Origin: an uncultured Oscillospiraceae bacterium
GTDB lineage: Bacteria; Bacillota; Clostridia; Oscillospirales; Oscillospiraceae
Assembly (NCBI GenBank): GCA_934660965.1
Contig: CAKUIM010000007.1
Coordinates: 1,532 to 65,531, forward strand
Length of the DNA: 64,000 nt
Direction: 5' to 3'
Part shown: one piece after another, positions 55,740 through 64,000 of the stretch
Layout: each line of letters opens with the position of its first letter
Numbering within the stretch: the first letter of the stretch is position 1
Made by a program: the position numbers and the translations under genes
Notes under the pieces: generated by a model
Seen by the model: only the letters and a program-made list of their open reading frames with translations
Told to the model about the DNA's origin: nothing
Databases searched by the model: none

Positions 55740-56723
55740 TCAAATCAACTTATGGTAGCGCAGCAGCTCCAAAAGGCCCTTGTCCCGGAAGGCCTGAAGC
55801 TCAGCGTTGTCCCGTCCCGTCCCGGGCTCCCGCCGGGACATGATGTCCAGAATCTCGGCGGGCCAGTCGGTCTCAAAGTGCTTGTGGACCTCCTCGGGCC
55901 AGCGGTCCCAGGAGCACAGCTCGCCCAGCCATTTCTCGCTGGACTGGCCCATGGGGCCGCACATGGTGTTTTTGAAGCCGCCGTCGCCGCCGGTGAGCTG
56001 ATAGACCATATAGGGACCCATCAGGGCGTAGCGCAGGCCGGGGCCGAAGGTAAAGGCGGTGTCCAAATCCTCCAGGCTGCATACGCCGCTGGAGACAATC
56101 TTGGCACTCTCCCGGAACAGGGCAATCATCAATCGGGTGCCCACATAGCCCGGGGAGTTCTTGCGCAGCACCACCGGCTTTTTGCCAACGGCGCGGAAGA
56201 AGGTCAGGGCCTGATTGAGATAGTTCTCCCCCACCTTGGGGCTGATGACGATCTCCACCAGGGGCAGCAGGTAGACCGGCAGATAGGGGTGCGCGCCGAT
56301 GACCCGCTCGGGGTGAGAGGCGTCCCGGGCAATCTCGCTGATCATGATGCCCGAGGTGCTGGAGGTGATAACGGCGTCGTCGCGGCACTCGGCCTCGATG
56401 CCCGCCAGGATGGTGCGCTTGAGCTCCAGATTCTCCGGGCCGTTCTCCAGAATGAGGTCGGCCCCCTCCACGGCGGCGCGCATGACGGTTGTGTACACCG
56501 GCAGGCCCTCAAGCTCCGCGCGCTGTGCGGCGGTGATGGCACCGTTTTCCTCAAAGAAGGCAAGGCCCTGGGAAATCAGCCCCTTGGCACGGTCCAGCGC
56601 CTGGGGCGCGGTGTCGTACAGGGTAATTTCCCGCACGCCGTGGATGAGCAGATGGGTGGCCCAGCCCGCGCCGATGAGGCCCGAGCCGATGATGCCGACG
56701 TGGTAATCCTTATAGTCTTTCAT
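55740..56723 (-). CDS. 3-hydroxyacyl-CoA-dehydrogenase-fold enzyme of the L-carnitine dehydrogenase (LcdH)/lambda-crystallin type
   Basis: 327 aa. [21 protein letters not shown], ...[12 protein letters not shown]..., [32 protein letters not shown], and a C-terminal extension unlike Hbd. Confidence 0.65.
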   Translation of the reverse strand: MKDYKDYHVGIIGSGLIGAGWATHLLIHGVREITLYDTAPQALDRAKGLISQGLAFFEENGAITAAQRAELEGLPVYTTVMRAAVEGADLILENGPENLELKRTILAGIEAECRDDAVITSSTSGIMISEIARDASHPERVIGAHPYLPVYLLPLVEIVISPKVGENYLNQALTFFRAVGKKPVVLRKNSPGYVGTRLMIALFRESAKIVSSGVCSLEDLDTAFTFGPGLRYALMGPYMVYQLTGGDGGFKNTMCGPMGQSSEKWLGELCSWDRWPEEVHKHFETDWPAEILDIMSRREPGTGRDNAELQAFRDKGLLELLRYHKLI

Positions 56724-56735
56724 GGATAGTCCCCC

Positions 56736-57440
56736 TTAAATGCCCAGATAGGCGTTGCGCAGCTGCTCATCCGCCAGCAGCTGGTCGGAGGTGCCGCTCA
56801 TCACGTTCTGGCCGATCTCAATAACGTAGGCCCGGTTTGCGATCTCCAGGGAGGACATGACGTTCTGCTCCACCAGGAGGATGGTCATACCCGTCTTGTT
56901 GAGCTCCACCAGGGAGTCGAAGATGTCACCCACCACAATGGGTGCAAGACCCAGGGACGGCTCGTCGAGCATGAGAATCTCCGGGCACTGCATCAGACCC
57001 CGGGCGATGGCGCACATCTGCTGCTCGCCGCCGGACATGGAGTTTGCCATCTGGTTGCGCCGCTCATAGAGCTTGGGGAACATGGTAAAGCAGAAGTCCA
57101 GGTTCTCCTTGCGGCGCTTGCGGGCCTCCGGCAGGTAGGAGCCCACGAGAAGGTTGTCGTACACGCTTAAATAGGGGAAGAGTTTGCGCCCCTCGGGCAC
57201 CTGGATGATGCCCTTTTTCACCCGCTCGTAAGCGGGCATCTTGGAGATGTCCTCCCCCTTGAACTCGATGCTGCCGTTCATGAGGCGGGTGGTGCCGGAA
57301 ACGGTATTGATGGTGGTGGTCTTGCCCGCGCCGTTGTTGCCCAGAAGGGCCACGATCTCTCCCTCTTTTACTTCCAGGGAGACGCCGCGCAGCGCTTCCG
57401 AGCGGCCGTAATTCACATGGATATCATTTACTTTCAGCAT
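56736..57440 (-). CDS. ABC transporter ATP-binding protein (LivF-like)
   Basis: Trimmed to MLKVNDIHVNYGRSEAL. GNNGAGKTT, MSGGEQQMCAIARGL, LMLDEPSLGLAP. Overlaps the upstream ATPase gene by 17 nt. Confidence 0.88.
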   Translation of the reverse strand: MLKVNDIHVNYGRSEALRGVSLEVKEGEIVALLGNNGAGKTTTINTVSGTTRLMNGSIEFKGEDISKMPAYERVKKGIIQVPEGRKLFPYLSVYDNLLVGSYLPEARKRRKENLDFCFTMFPKLYERRNQMANSMSGGEQQMCAIARGLMQCPEILMLDEPSLGLAPIVVGDIFDSLVELNKTGMTILLVEQNVMSSLEIANRAYVIEIGQNVMSGTSDQLLADEQLRNAYLGI

Positions 57441-58170
57441 GCTTTTTCTCCCCAAAATACGATTGAATGACCAGCGGGTTCTGTGCCACCTCCGCCGGGG
57501 TGCCCTCGGCAATGAGCCTGCCCTGGTTGAGCACATACATCCGGTCGGAGATGTTCATGATGACCCGCATGACGTGTTCGATGATGATGACGGTGACGCC
57601 GCTTGCCCGGATGTCCTGCACCAGCTTCATAAAGGCCGGGTGCTCCTTGGGGTTGACGCCGGCTGTGACCTCGTCGAGCAATATGAGCTTGGGCTCGGTG
57701 GCCAGGGCCTTGGCGACCTCCATGCGCTTCATCTGGGTCAGGGTCAGGTTGTTGCCGCGCACGTCCTTGATGTCATAGAGGCCGGTGAACTTGAGCACCT
57801 CCTCGGCCTTGCGCTGGGCGTCCTCCTTCTTGGGGCAGCGCACGAAGGCACCCACCATCACGTTTGCCAGCACCGTCATGTTGGTAAAGGGCTGCACCAG
57901 CTGATAGGTCCGGCCGATGCCCAGCTTGCACACCTGGCTCGCCTTCTTGTTCTGGATTTCCTCGCCGTTGAAGATGATCTTGCCGGAGGTCACGGGGAGG
58001 GCGCCGGAGAGCATGTTGAACAGGGTAGTCTTGCCCGCGCCGTTGGCGCCGATGATGCCCAGGATCTCCCCTTCGTTTGCGTGGATGGTGATGTCCTCAT
58101 TGGCGGTCAGGCCGCCGAACTTTTTGGTCACATGCTGGACATCCAGGATGACCTTCTGATTGTCAGCCAT
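57424..58170 (-). CDS. ABC transporter ATP-binding protein (LivG-like)
   Basis: 248 aa. GANGAGKTTLFN, ...LTQMKRMEVAKALATEPKLILLDEVTAG. Confidence 0.88.
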   Translation of the reverse strand: MADNQKVILDVQHVTKKFGGLTANEDITIHANEGEILGIIGANGAGKTTLFNMLSGALPVTSGKIIFNGEEIQNKKASQVCKLGIGRTYQLVQPFTNMTVLANVMVGAFVRCPKKEDAQRKAEEVLKFTGLYDIKDVRGNNLTLTQMKRMEVAKALATEPKLILLDEVTAGVNPKEHPAFMKLVQDIRASGVTVIIIEHVMRVIMNISDRMYVLNQGRLIAEGTPAEVAQNPLVIQSYFGEKKHAESK

Positions 58171-59182
58171 TGCCGCTGCCTCCCTTCACTGCCTGGGTAG
58201 TCTTTTTCCGGCTGCGCAGGGCGGCAATGCGCTCGCCCAGCCAGGGGAACACGCCGCGGGGCATGAAATACACCACCAGCATCAGAATCGCGCCGTAGAT
58301 GGCCGTGGAAAGGCCCGCGAAGGAGGTGCCCAGGGCAGTGCGCAGCGACTCGTTGATGGGGTAGAGCACCAGGGTGCCGAACACGGGGCCCCAGACGGTG
58401 TCGATGCCGCCCACCACCGCGTAGAGCATGATCTCGATGGAGAAGCCGTAGCTCAAAACGCGGGTGGGATCCAGGAACATGATGAACATCACGTAGAAGC
58501 CGCCGCCCATGGCGGACAGGGCCGCGCTGATGAACTGGGCCTTGAGCTTGTAGAACATGGTGTCCACGCCCAGGGCCTCCGCCGCATTCTGGTTGGTATT
58601 GATGGCGGAAAAGTAGTAGCCGGTGCGGGTGTTCTTGATGCGGATGGAAAGGCCGATGACAAACAGCAGCAGCACCGCGATGATATAGTAATAGCTCACC
58701 TTGCTGTCAAACTGCATGTTGGCAAAGCCGCCCCGCCAGGGGATGCGCAGGCCCATGGACGCGCCGGTCTCGTAGCCGAAAAGCTTCTGCTCGTTGAGGA
58801 TGATGATCTGGAACACGAACAGCAGTGCCACGGTGGACAGGGTGTAGTAGGAGCCCTGGAGCTTGAAGCAGGGGTAGCTGAGCAGCACGGACAGCACGCC
58901 GGCGATGAGCGCCGCGATGATAAGCCCCAGCCAGGGGGAGATGCCGTTCTGCTTGAAGAGCAGGCCTGTAATATAGCCGCCGATGCCGATGTACACGCCG
59001 TTGCCCATGGCGAAGCGGCCGATGAAGCCGCCCAGGATGTTCCAGCTGGCCGCCAGGAAGGTGAACATCAGCGTCATAACCAGGGTGTGGACGGTATACT
59101 GGGTCTTGACAAACAGGGGGATGATGAGCACAGCAACCGCAAACAGCCCCAGCCATTTATACTGGTCAAAAATTTTCTTCAC
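58163..59182 (-). CDS. Branched-chain-amino-acid-type ABC permease (LivM-like)
   Basis: 339 aa multi-TM. Position and composition typical of the HAAT family. Confidence 0.8.
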   Translation of the reverse strand: MKKIFDQYKWLGLFAVAVLIIPLFVKTQYTVHTLVMTLMFTFLAASWNILGGFIGRFAMGNGVYIGIGGYITGLLFKQNGISPWLGLIIAALIAGVLSVLLSYPCFKLQGSYYTLSTVALLFVFQIIILNEQKLFGYETGASMGLRIPWRGGFANMQFDSKVSYYYIIAVLLLFVIGLSIRIKNTRTGYYFSAINTNQNAAEALGVDTMFYKLKAQFISAALSAMGGGFYVMFIMFLDPTRVLSYGFSIEIMLYAVVGGIDTVWGPVFGTLVLYPINESLRTALGTSFAGLSTAIYGAILMLVVYFMPRGVFPWLGERIAALRSRKKTTQAVKGGSGNG

Positions 59183-59212
59183 TCGAATGCCCTCGCTTTC
59201 TCTCGGCGCCCA

Positions 59213-60097
59213 TCAGCTGGTCTCCCGGCCCAGAATGCCGGACGGCCGGAAGAGCAGGATCAGGATAAACAGCACGAACACCAGCAGCGACGCATAGGCG
59301 TCCGTCCACAAAATGCCGCCGAACTTTTCGATGAGGCCCACGATCAGGCCGCCCAGCAGCGCGCCGGGGACGCTCCCCTTGCCGCCCAGGACCACGATGA
59401 TGAAGCACTTGGTGCCGAAGGCGCTGCCCACCGTAGGCGACACCGCGGAGTTGGGCACCAGCAGCGAGCCGGAAACGCCCACCAGGCCCAGGCCGATGCC
59501 GAAGGCCAGGCTGTAGATGCTTTTATGGTTAATGCCCATGAGGGAGGCCACGTGCCGGTTCTGGGCGGTCGCCCGGAGGGCGCGGCCAAACTCTGTGCGC
59601 TGAATGACGATGTACAGGATGATGGTGCAGGCCAGGGCGATGGCAAAGGAGATCAGCCGGGGGACGGACACGATCATGTTGCCCAGCTCAATGGTCTTGC
59701 TGGTGTAGCGGGTCTGGACCGCCAGAATATTGGAGGAGAAAATTACAGTGGCCATGTTGGACAGGAAAATGCCAAGGCCCGAGGTAAAGAGCAGGATGGA
59801 CAGCGGCTCGCGGGACTCGTCCTTGTCCAGCATGCGGTTAAAGACAAAGCGCTGCAGGCAGTAGCCCACGGCAAACATAATAGGACCGGTGATGAAGATG
59901 GAAAGATAGGGGTCGATGCCGAAGTTGATGACGGACAAAAAGGCGATGTACATGCTCACCATCAAAAACTCGCCATGGGCCCAGTTGACGATGCGCATGA
60001 CGCCGAAGGCCAGGGACAGGCCCACCGCGATGGTGGAGTACACGCCGCCTACCATGATCCCGTCGATCAGGGTTTGGAAAAACAGCGATAAAGTCAT
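59213..60097 (-). CDS. Branched-chain-amino-acid-type ABC permease (LivH-like)
   Basis: 294 aa, MTLSLFFQTLIDGIMVGGVYSTIAVGLSLAFGVMRIVNWAHGEF, the classic LivH N-terminus. Confidence 0.85.
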   Translation of the reverse strand: MTLSLFFQTLIDGIMVGGVYSTIAVGLSLAFGVMRIVNWAHGEFLMVSMYIAFLSVINFGIDPYLSIFITGPIMFAVGYCLQRFVFNRMLDKDESREPLSILLFTSGLGIFLSNMATVIFSSNILAVQTRYTSKTIELGNMIVSVPRLISFAIALACTIILYIVIQRTEFGRALRATAQNRHVASLMGINHKSIYSLAFGIGLGLVGVSGSLLVPNSAVSPTVGSAFGTKCFIIVVLGGKGSVPGALLGGLIVGLIEKFGGILWTDAYASLLVFVLFILILLFRPSGILGRETS

Positions 60098-60184
60098 ATA
60101 CCGGAATCCTCCGTTCTCTAATTAAGGGGGGTGGGGCCGCCCCGTGGGGCGGCCCCGGATCACAGCTTCTTTTCTTTCGGGGGC

Positions 60185-61504
60185 TCAGCGGTCAGCGTAA
60201 GCGGGGATGGGGAACACCACGGGGCTCTCGTCCAAGGGGAAGATGATCTTCCAGCGGCCGCCCAGCACCTGGGCGTACTGCATGCCGGACTTGGAGTTCT
60301 GGTTGTAGCGGCCGTCAAAGTCCTCGTACTTGATGCCGCCGAAGGTGGCGTGGAACATCAGGGCGCGGTCGCCCACGGGGATGTCGGTCTCGTCGATGGC
60401 GGTGGCAATGGCCTCGCGGTCAGCGCTGCCGGCCCGGGCAATGGCCTCCAGCAGGGCATACATGCCCATCCAGCCGTTGGCGTAGGGCTCGTTGGCGGTG
60501 GTGTTGCCGGTCTCCTTGACAAAGCGGGCACACCACTCCTTGGCCTCGTCGCTCATGGCGTCCTCGTCATAGATCCAGGAGCCGGAGACCATGATGTACT
60601 CGGCAGCCTCGCCGGCCTGGCTGGTGTAGTCGTCGCCCAGGAAGCCGCCGCCGTAGGCCAGAACGGGGATGTCCACCTTGTACTCCTTCATCTGGCGGGT
60701 GAAGAGCAGGGCGTCGTTGAGGAACATAACGGGGATGATGAGCTCGGCGTCGGTCTGCTTGATCTTGTTGAGGACGCTGGAGAGATCGGTGGAGTTGTTG
60801 GCAAAGGACTCACCGAACACCACCTCGGCGCCGGCGGCGGGCAGAATGCTGTCCTTGAAGGTATTGTAGGCGCCCTGGCCGTAGTCAGTGCCCTCGTAGA
60901 GGATGGCCACCTTGGTGATGGGGGTGCCGCGCAGCTCGCCCAGCCACTGCAGGAGCTTGACATAGGTGGACGCGCCGTCCTTATCGCCCAGGTTGGAGCG
61001 GAAGACGTAGTTGCTGTCCTCGGAGAGGATGACGTCGGACACGGCGTTGGTGACCATGAAGGGGGTCTTGTACTTGATGGCGATGGGGGCGATGGCGGCG
61101 GCGGTGCCGCTGTTGTAGGTACCGATGATGGCGGAGACCTTCTCGTCGTTGATCAGGCGCTCGGCTTCGGTCACGCCTGTGTCGGCAACGCCGGCGGTGT
61201 CACCCTTCACCAGCTCGATCTTCATGCCGTTGAGGGTGTCGCCGTAGTGGTTCATAAAGTCCTCCAGAGCATGCTCATAGCCCACCATCTGGCTCTCGCC
61301 GAAGTAGGAGCTGGAGCCGGAGAAGGGGAGCAGGACGCCGATCTTGACGACCTTTTCCTCATCGCCGCCGCCCTGGGGAGCCTGGGACTCGGTGCCCGCG
61401 TTGGAGGGGGCAGGGGTCTGGGTCTCTTTGGAGCCAGTACCGGCGCAGGCCGCCAGGGACAGGCACATCGCCAGGGCAAGGATCAGTGCAGTCAGCTTTT
61501 TCAT
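60185..61504 (-). CDS. Type-1 periplasmic-binding-fold ABC substrate-binding lipoprotein (LivJ/K family); ligand unknown
   Basis: Trimmed to MKKLTALILALAMCLSLAACAG (lipobox) after AAGGAGG. ...KIGVLLPFSGSSSYFG..., IIGTYNSG. Confidence 0.85.
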   Translation of the reverse strand: MKKLTALILALAMCLSLAACAGTGSKETQTPAPSNAGTESQAPQGGGDEEKVVKIGVLLPFSGSSSYFGESQMVGYEHALEDFMNHYGDTLNGMKIELVKGDTAGVADTGVTEAERLINDEKVSAIIGTYNSGTAAAIAPIAIKYKTPFMVTNAVSDVILSEDSNYVFRSNLGDKDGASTYVKLLQWLGELRGTPITKVAILYEGTDYGQGAYNTFKDSILPAAGAEVVFGESFANNSTDLSSVLNKIKQTDAELIIPVMFLNDALLFTRQMKEYKVDIPVLAYGGGFLGDDYTSQAGEAAEYIMVSGSWIYDEDAMSDEAKEWCARFVKETGNTTANEPYANGWMGMYALLEAIARAGSADREAIATAIDETDIPVGDRALMFHATFGGIKYEDFDGRYNQNSKSGMQYAQVLGGRWKIIFPLDESPVVFPIPAYADR

Positions 61505-61590
61505 GGGAATCCTCCTTAAATTTTTATGCATACAGGGCTCTCGCCCGGTTTGCCTTTTGATAGACGCACACAGGAGCGCCGCAGGGGATT

Positions 61591-62631
61591 TTATACGCCG
61601 TTTTCCAGCAGGATGTCGAAGAAGGGCAGGGCCTCCTCCGGCGTCCACACCTGGGTGTGGGCCTGGGCCAGCCTGACCAGGCCCACCACCATGTCGTTGT
61701 AGGGGGTGGCGATGCCGCACTCCCGGCCCGCCCGGCACACCTGGCCGTTGATGAAGTCGATTTCGCAGGGGCGGCCCTTCTCCAGGTCCTGGAGCATGCT
61801 GGCCTTGAGCGCCCGGTGCTTGGTGCCCCAGAGCTGATGATAGTAGGCCAGCTTGTCCTCCACGGTCTCGCCGGGGCGGATCTCCCGCTCCTCATAGTCG
61901 TTGCCGTCCACCACGGTGAGCTTCACGCCCTTGCCGTGGGCCACCCGCACGCACTCGTCGCCGATGCGCGCCAGGGCCAGCATGGCATTCTCCCGGTCCA
62001 GCACGCCGCCGTAGTCGCAGCCCAGGGCGGCGGACATGCCGCTGGCGGTGGCGTTGATGAGCACCTTGGTCCAGCGGGTGCCCAGGAGCTTGTCGGTGAT
62101 GTCGCACCGGCCCGCCTGGAAGAGGAATTGCTGCACCGCCTTGAGGCGAGGGGTCACCTCGCCATTGCACTCGCCCACCTCGGTGAGCATACCGGTGGCC
62201 ATGTAGTCGCCGCCGGAGGTGCAGCGCACCACGCCGGGGGCCTCCCAGGTGGCGCCGAAGAGGACGATGCCGCCCATGGTGCGCTCCTGCCCCACAATCT
62301 CGGCCACTAGCATCTCGGGGATGCCGTTTTGCAGGGTGCAGACGATGCTGTTCTCGTGGAGGTGACCCTCCAGCTGGGCAAGGGCCTGGCGGGTACCCGT
62401 CTGCTTGCACAGCAGGAACACCAGGTCGTAGGTCTCGGTGAGCTCGTCGGGGGTCAGTGCGGAGACCGGCACGCTCAGGTCAAGCCCGCCTGTGATGGTG
62501 GCGCCCCGGGTGCGCAGGGCCTCCACATGGGGGATGTAGGTGTCGATCAGATCGATCTGCACGCCGCTGCGGGTCAGCAGCGCGCCCAGCACCGTTCCGA
62601 TGGAGCCTGCGCCCATAATTGCAGCCTTCAT
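61591..62631 (-). CDS. Ketopantoate-reductase (PanE/ApbA) family NAD(P)-dependent 2-oxo/hydroxy-acid oxidoreductase
   Basis: 346 aa. MKAAIMGAGSIGTVLG Rossmann start, ...TLQNGI..., TRWTKVLINA, SMLQDLEKGRPCEIDFINGQV. Confidence 0.7.
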   Translation of the reverse strand: MKAAIMGAGSIGTVLGALLTRSGVQIDLIDTYIPHVEALRTRGATITGGLDLSVPVSALTPDELTETYDLVFLLCKQTGTRQALAQLEGHLHENSIVCTLQNGIPEMLVAEIVGQERTMGGIVLFGATWEAPGVVRCTSGGDYMATGMLTEVGECNGEVTPRLKAVQQFLFQAGRCDITDKLLGTRWTKVLINATASGMSAALGCDYGGVLDRENAMLALARIGDECVRVAHGKGVKLTVVDGNDYEEREIRPGETVEDKLAYYHQLWGTKHRALKASMLQDLEKGRPCEIDFINGQVCRAGRECGIATPYNDMVVGLVRLAQAHTQVWTPEEALPFFDILLENGV

Positions 62632-62744
62632 ATCGGTTCTTTTTCCTCCTCTTTCGTGTCGCTGTTTGTCTCGGCATCACTCGCCGGGAGGGCTGCCGCA
62701 GCCGCCCGCCGGGGTGATGCTCTGCCCTCTATTATTGCAATGGG

Positions 62745-62760
62745 CGTGCCAGCTTTTTCC
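62745..62760 (-). promoter_or_regulatory. Sigma-54 (-24/-12) promoter of the PanE-like/Liv/LcdH-like/hbd operon
   Basis: Minus strand reads TGGCACGCCCATTGCA, an exact match to TGGCAC-N5-TTGCA. About 113 nt upstream of ATG 62631. An EBP with GAFTGA is encoded 8 kb away in the same island. Confidence 0.8.
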
Positions 62761-62827
62761 GCCCCTTGAATTTCTCACAATTTCTTTGCATTCTAAGTCA
62801 GATTTTCCGTCAAAATCTTCACAACTC

Positions 62828-62887
62828 GTCTAACGATTAGACAGTTGCGCATAAACGCTTAGACAGTTGTAGACAGTTACTGTCTAA
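62828..62887. promoter_or_regulatory. Upstream activator sequence candidates (repeated TTAGACAG motifs and palindromes)
   Basis: GTCTAACGATTAGAC palindrome (62828-62842). TTAGACAGTT at 62837 and 62859, GTAGACAGTT at 62869. Perfect palindrome TAGACAGT-T-ACTGTCTA at 62870-62886. All lie 70-130 nt upstream of the -24 element. Confidence 0.6.
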
Positions 62888-63091
62888 CCTGGCTCCGGTT
62901 GGAGATTTTTTGTTTTTCTGTTTTTTCCCGGCGTTTTTTCTGCTATAATAGCCGCAAAGAGCCCCTGCGCGCCCCCTGTCCGGGCCGGCTGCGGCGCTTC
63001 TGCCCTGTCAAACGTTTCGCCGCCCCCATCCCGGGCGGCTTGCCGGCGCCTTGTGCCCCCTGCGCAAGGCCGCCAAGGAAAGGAAGATACC

Positions 63092-64000
63092 ATGCCCGAG
63101 ATCAAGCAGCTCTCCCCCCACGTGGCCGACCTCATTGCCGCCGGCGAGGTGGTGGAACGCCCGGCCTCCGTTGTGAAGGAGCTGGTGGAAAACGCCATCG
63201 ACGCCGGGGCCGGCGCCGTCACTGTGGAGATCGAGCACGGCGGCATGACCCTCATCCGGGTCACAGACAACGGCTGCGGCATCCCCGCCCGGGAGGCCGC
63301 CACCGCCTTTCTCCGCCACGCCACCTCCAAAATCTCCACCGAGTACGACCTGGAGGCCATCGGCACCCTGGGCTTCCGGGGCGAGGCTTTGGCCGCCATC
63401 TCCGCGGTAAGCCGCATCGACCTGCTCACCAAAACCGCCGACGCCTCCCTGGGCTGCGCCCTGACCCTGGAGGGGGGGCGGGTGGTGGAGCAGGAGGAGG
63501 CCGGCTGCCCCGACGGCACCACCATGGTGGTGCGCGACCTTTTTTACAACACCCCCGCCCGCCTGAAGTTCACCAAGAAGGACGCCGCCGAGGGCGCCGC
63601 CGTCTTTGCCGCCGTACAGCGCCTGGCCCTCTCCCACCCGGAACTGTCCGTCAAATTTATCCGGGACGGCCGGCAGGAGCTGCTCACCCCCGGCGACGGG
63701 CAGCTCAAAAGCGCCGTCTACTCCGTGCTGGGCCGTGACCTGGCCCTGGGCTTTACCGAGGCCCGGGGCTCCGGCGAGGATATGTCTGTGTCCGGCTTTG
63801 TGTCCATCCCCGCCTGCTGCCGGGGCAGCCGCAGCTATCAGCACTTTTTTGTCAACGGCCGCTATGTGAAAAACCGCACCATGATGGCCGCCCTGGAGGA
63901 GGCCTATCAGAATCAGAAGATGGTGGGCCGCTTCCCCGGGTGCGTGCTGCACCTGACGGTGCGGCCCAACCGGGTGGATGTGAACGTCCACCCGGCCAAG
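63092..64000 (+). CDS. mutL: DNA mismatch repair protein MutL (N-terminal part; runs off the right window edge)
   Basis: Not in the ORF track (no stop). From ATG 63092: MPEIKQLSPHVADLIAAGEVVERPASVVKELVENAIDAGA...TDNGCGI...LGFRGEAL...DVNVHPAK. In frame to position 64000 (303 codons). Confidence 0.93.
   Translation, partial: MPEIKQLSPHVADLIAAGEVVERPASVVKELVENAIDAGAGAVTVEIEHGGMTLIRVTDNGCGIPAREAATAFLRHATSKISTEYDLEAIGTLGFRGEALAAISAVSRIDLLTKTADASLGCALTLEGGRVVEQEEAGCPDGTTMVVRDLFYNTPARLKFTKKDAAEGAAVFAAVQRLALSHPELSVKFIRDGRQELLTPGDGQLKSAVYSVLGRDLALGFTEARGSGEDMSVSGFVSIPACCRGSRSYQHFFVNGRYVKNRTMMAALEEAYQNQKMVGRFPGCVLHLTVRPNRVDVNVHPAK

Overview
GC-rich chromosomal segment, probably from a spore-forming Clostridia genome. 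Taxon is my inference from bofA, yaaL, spoVAD/spoVAE, codon style and gene content; it looks Oscillospiraceae-like. No tools were run: all calls come from reading the ORF translations and the DNA.

Most long ORFs on the strand opposite a real gene are stop-free GC artefacts. Many track ORFs carry spurious N-terminal extensions, which I trimmed using RBS and start-codon context.

Gene content, left to right:
- V/A-type ATPase operon on the minus strand, in ntpF-I-K-E-C-G-A order. ntpA is cut by the window edge.
- Complete pstSCAB-phoU-phoP-phoR phosphate module with a Pho-box promoter.
- yaaL-bofA sporulation pair plus a DUF4015 protein, and a DUF975-CmpB fusion membrane protein.
- Type IIA topoisomerase genes (parE/parC-like) split by a small ABM-domain gene.
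- YitT, LUD-domain and lipoprotein genes, then psuK-psuG, marR-degV and a metallophosphoesterase.
- spoVAD-spoVAE, pepT, ridA-like, ymdB, a PAS-LuxR regulator and serA-serC.
- A five-gene module (DRTGG / GHKL-ATPase / [FeFe]-hydrogenase-like / DRTGG / PHP) directly upstream of an electron-bifurcating-type hydCBA [FeFe]-hydrogenase operon.
- An alanine-racemase-fold gene plus dtd, and an OYE/FadH-type flavoprotein.
- A catabolic island: BKACE + thiolase, a sigma-54 enhancer-binding protein, and an 8-gene operon (PanE-like reductase, Liv-type ABC importer, LcdH-like dehydrogenase, Hbd). The operon is driven by a textbook -24/-12 promoter with upstream repeat sites.
- The 5' part of mutL.

No rRNA, tRNA, CRISPR, transposase, integrase or recognisable defence genes were seen.

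Most interesting observations:
- The sigma-54/BKACE island, whose substrate is unknown.
- The uncharacterised hydrogenase-like sensor module.
- A dispersed family of structured intergenic repeats, one copy sitting inside the V-ATPase operon.
- Several active-site motif deviations: the HydA L1 motif, the sensor H-cluster environment, and an Alr-like protein lacking the PLP lysine.
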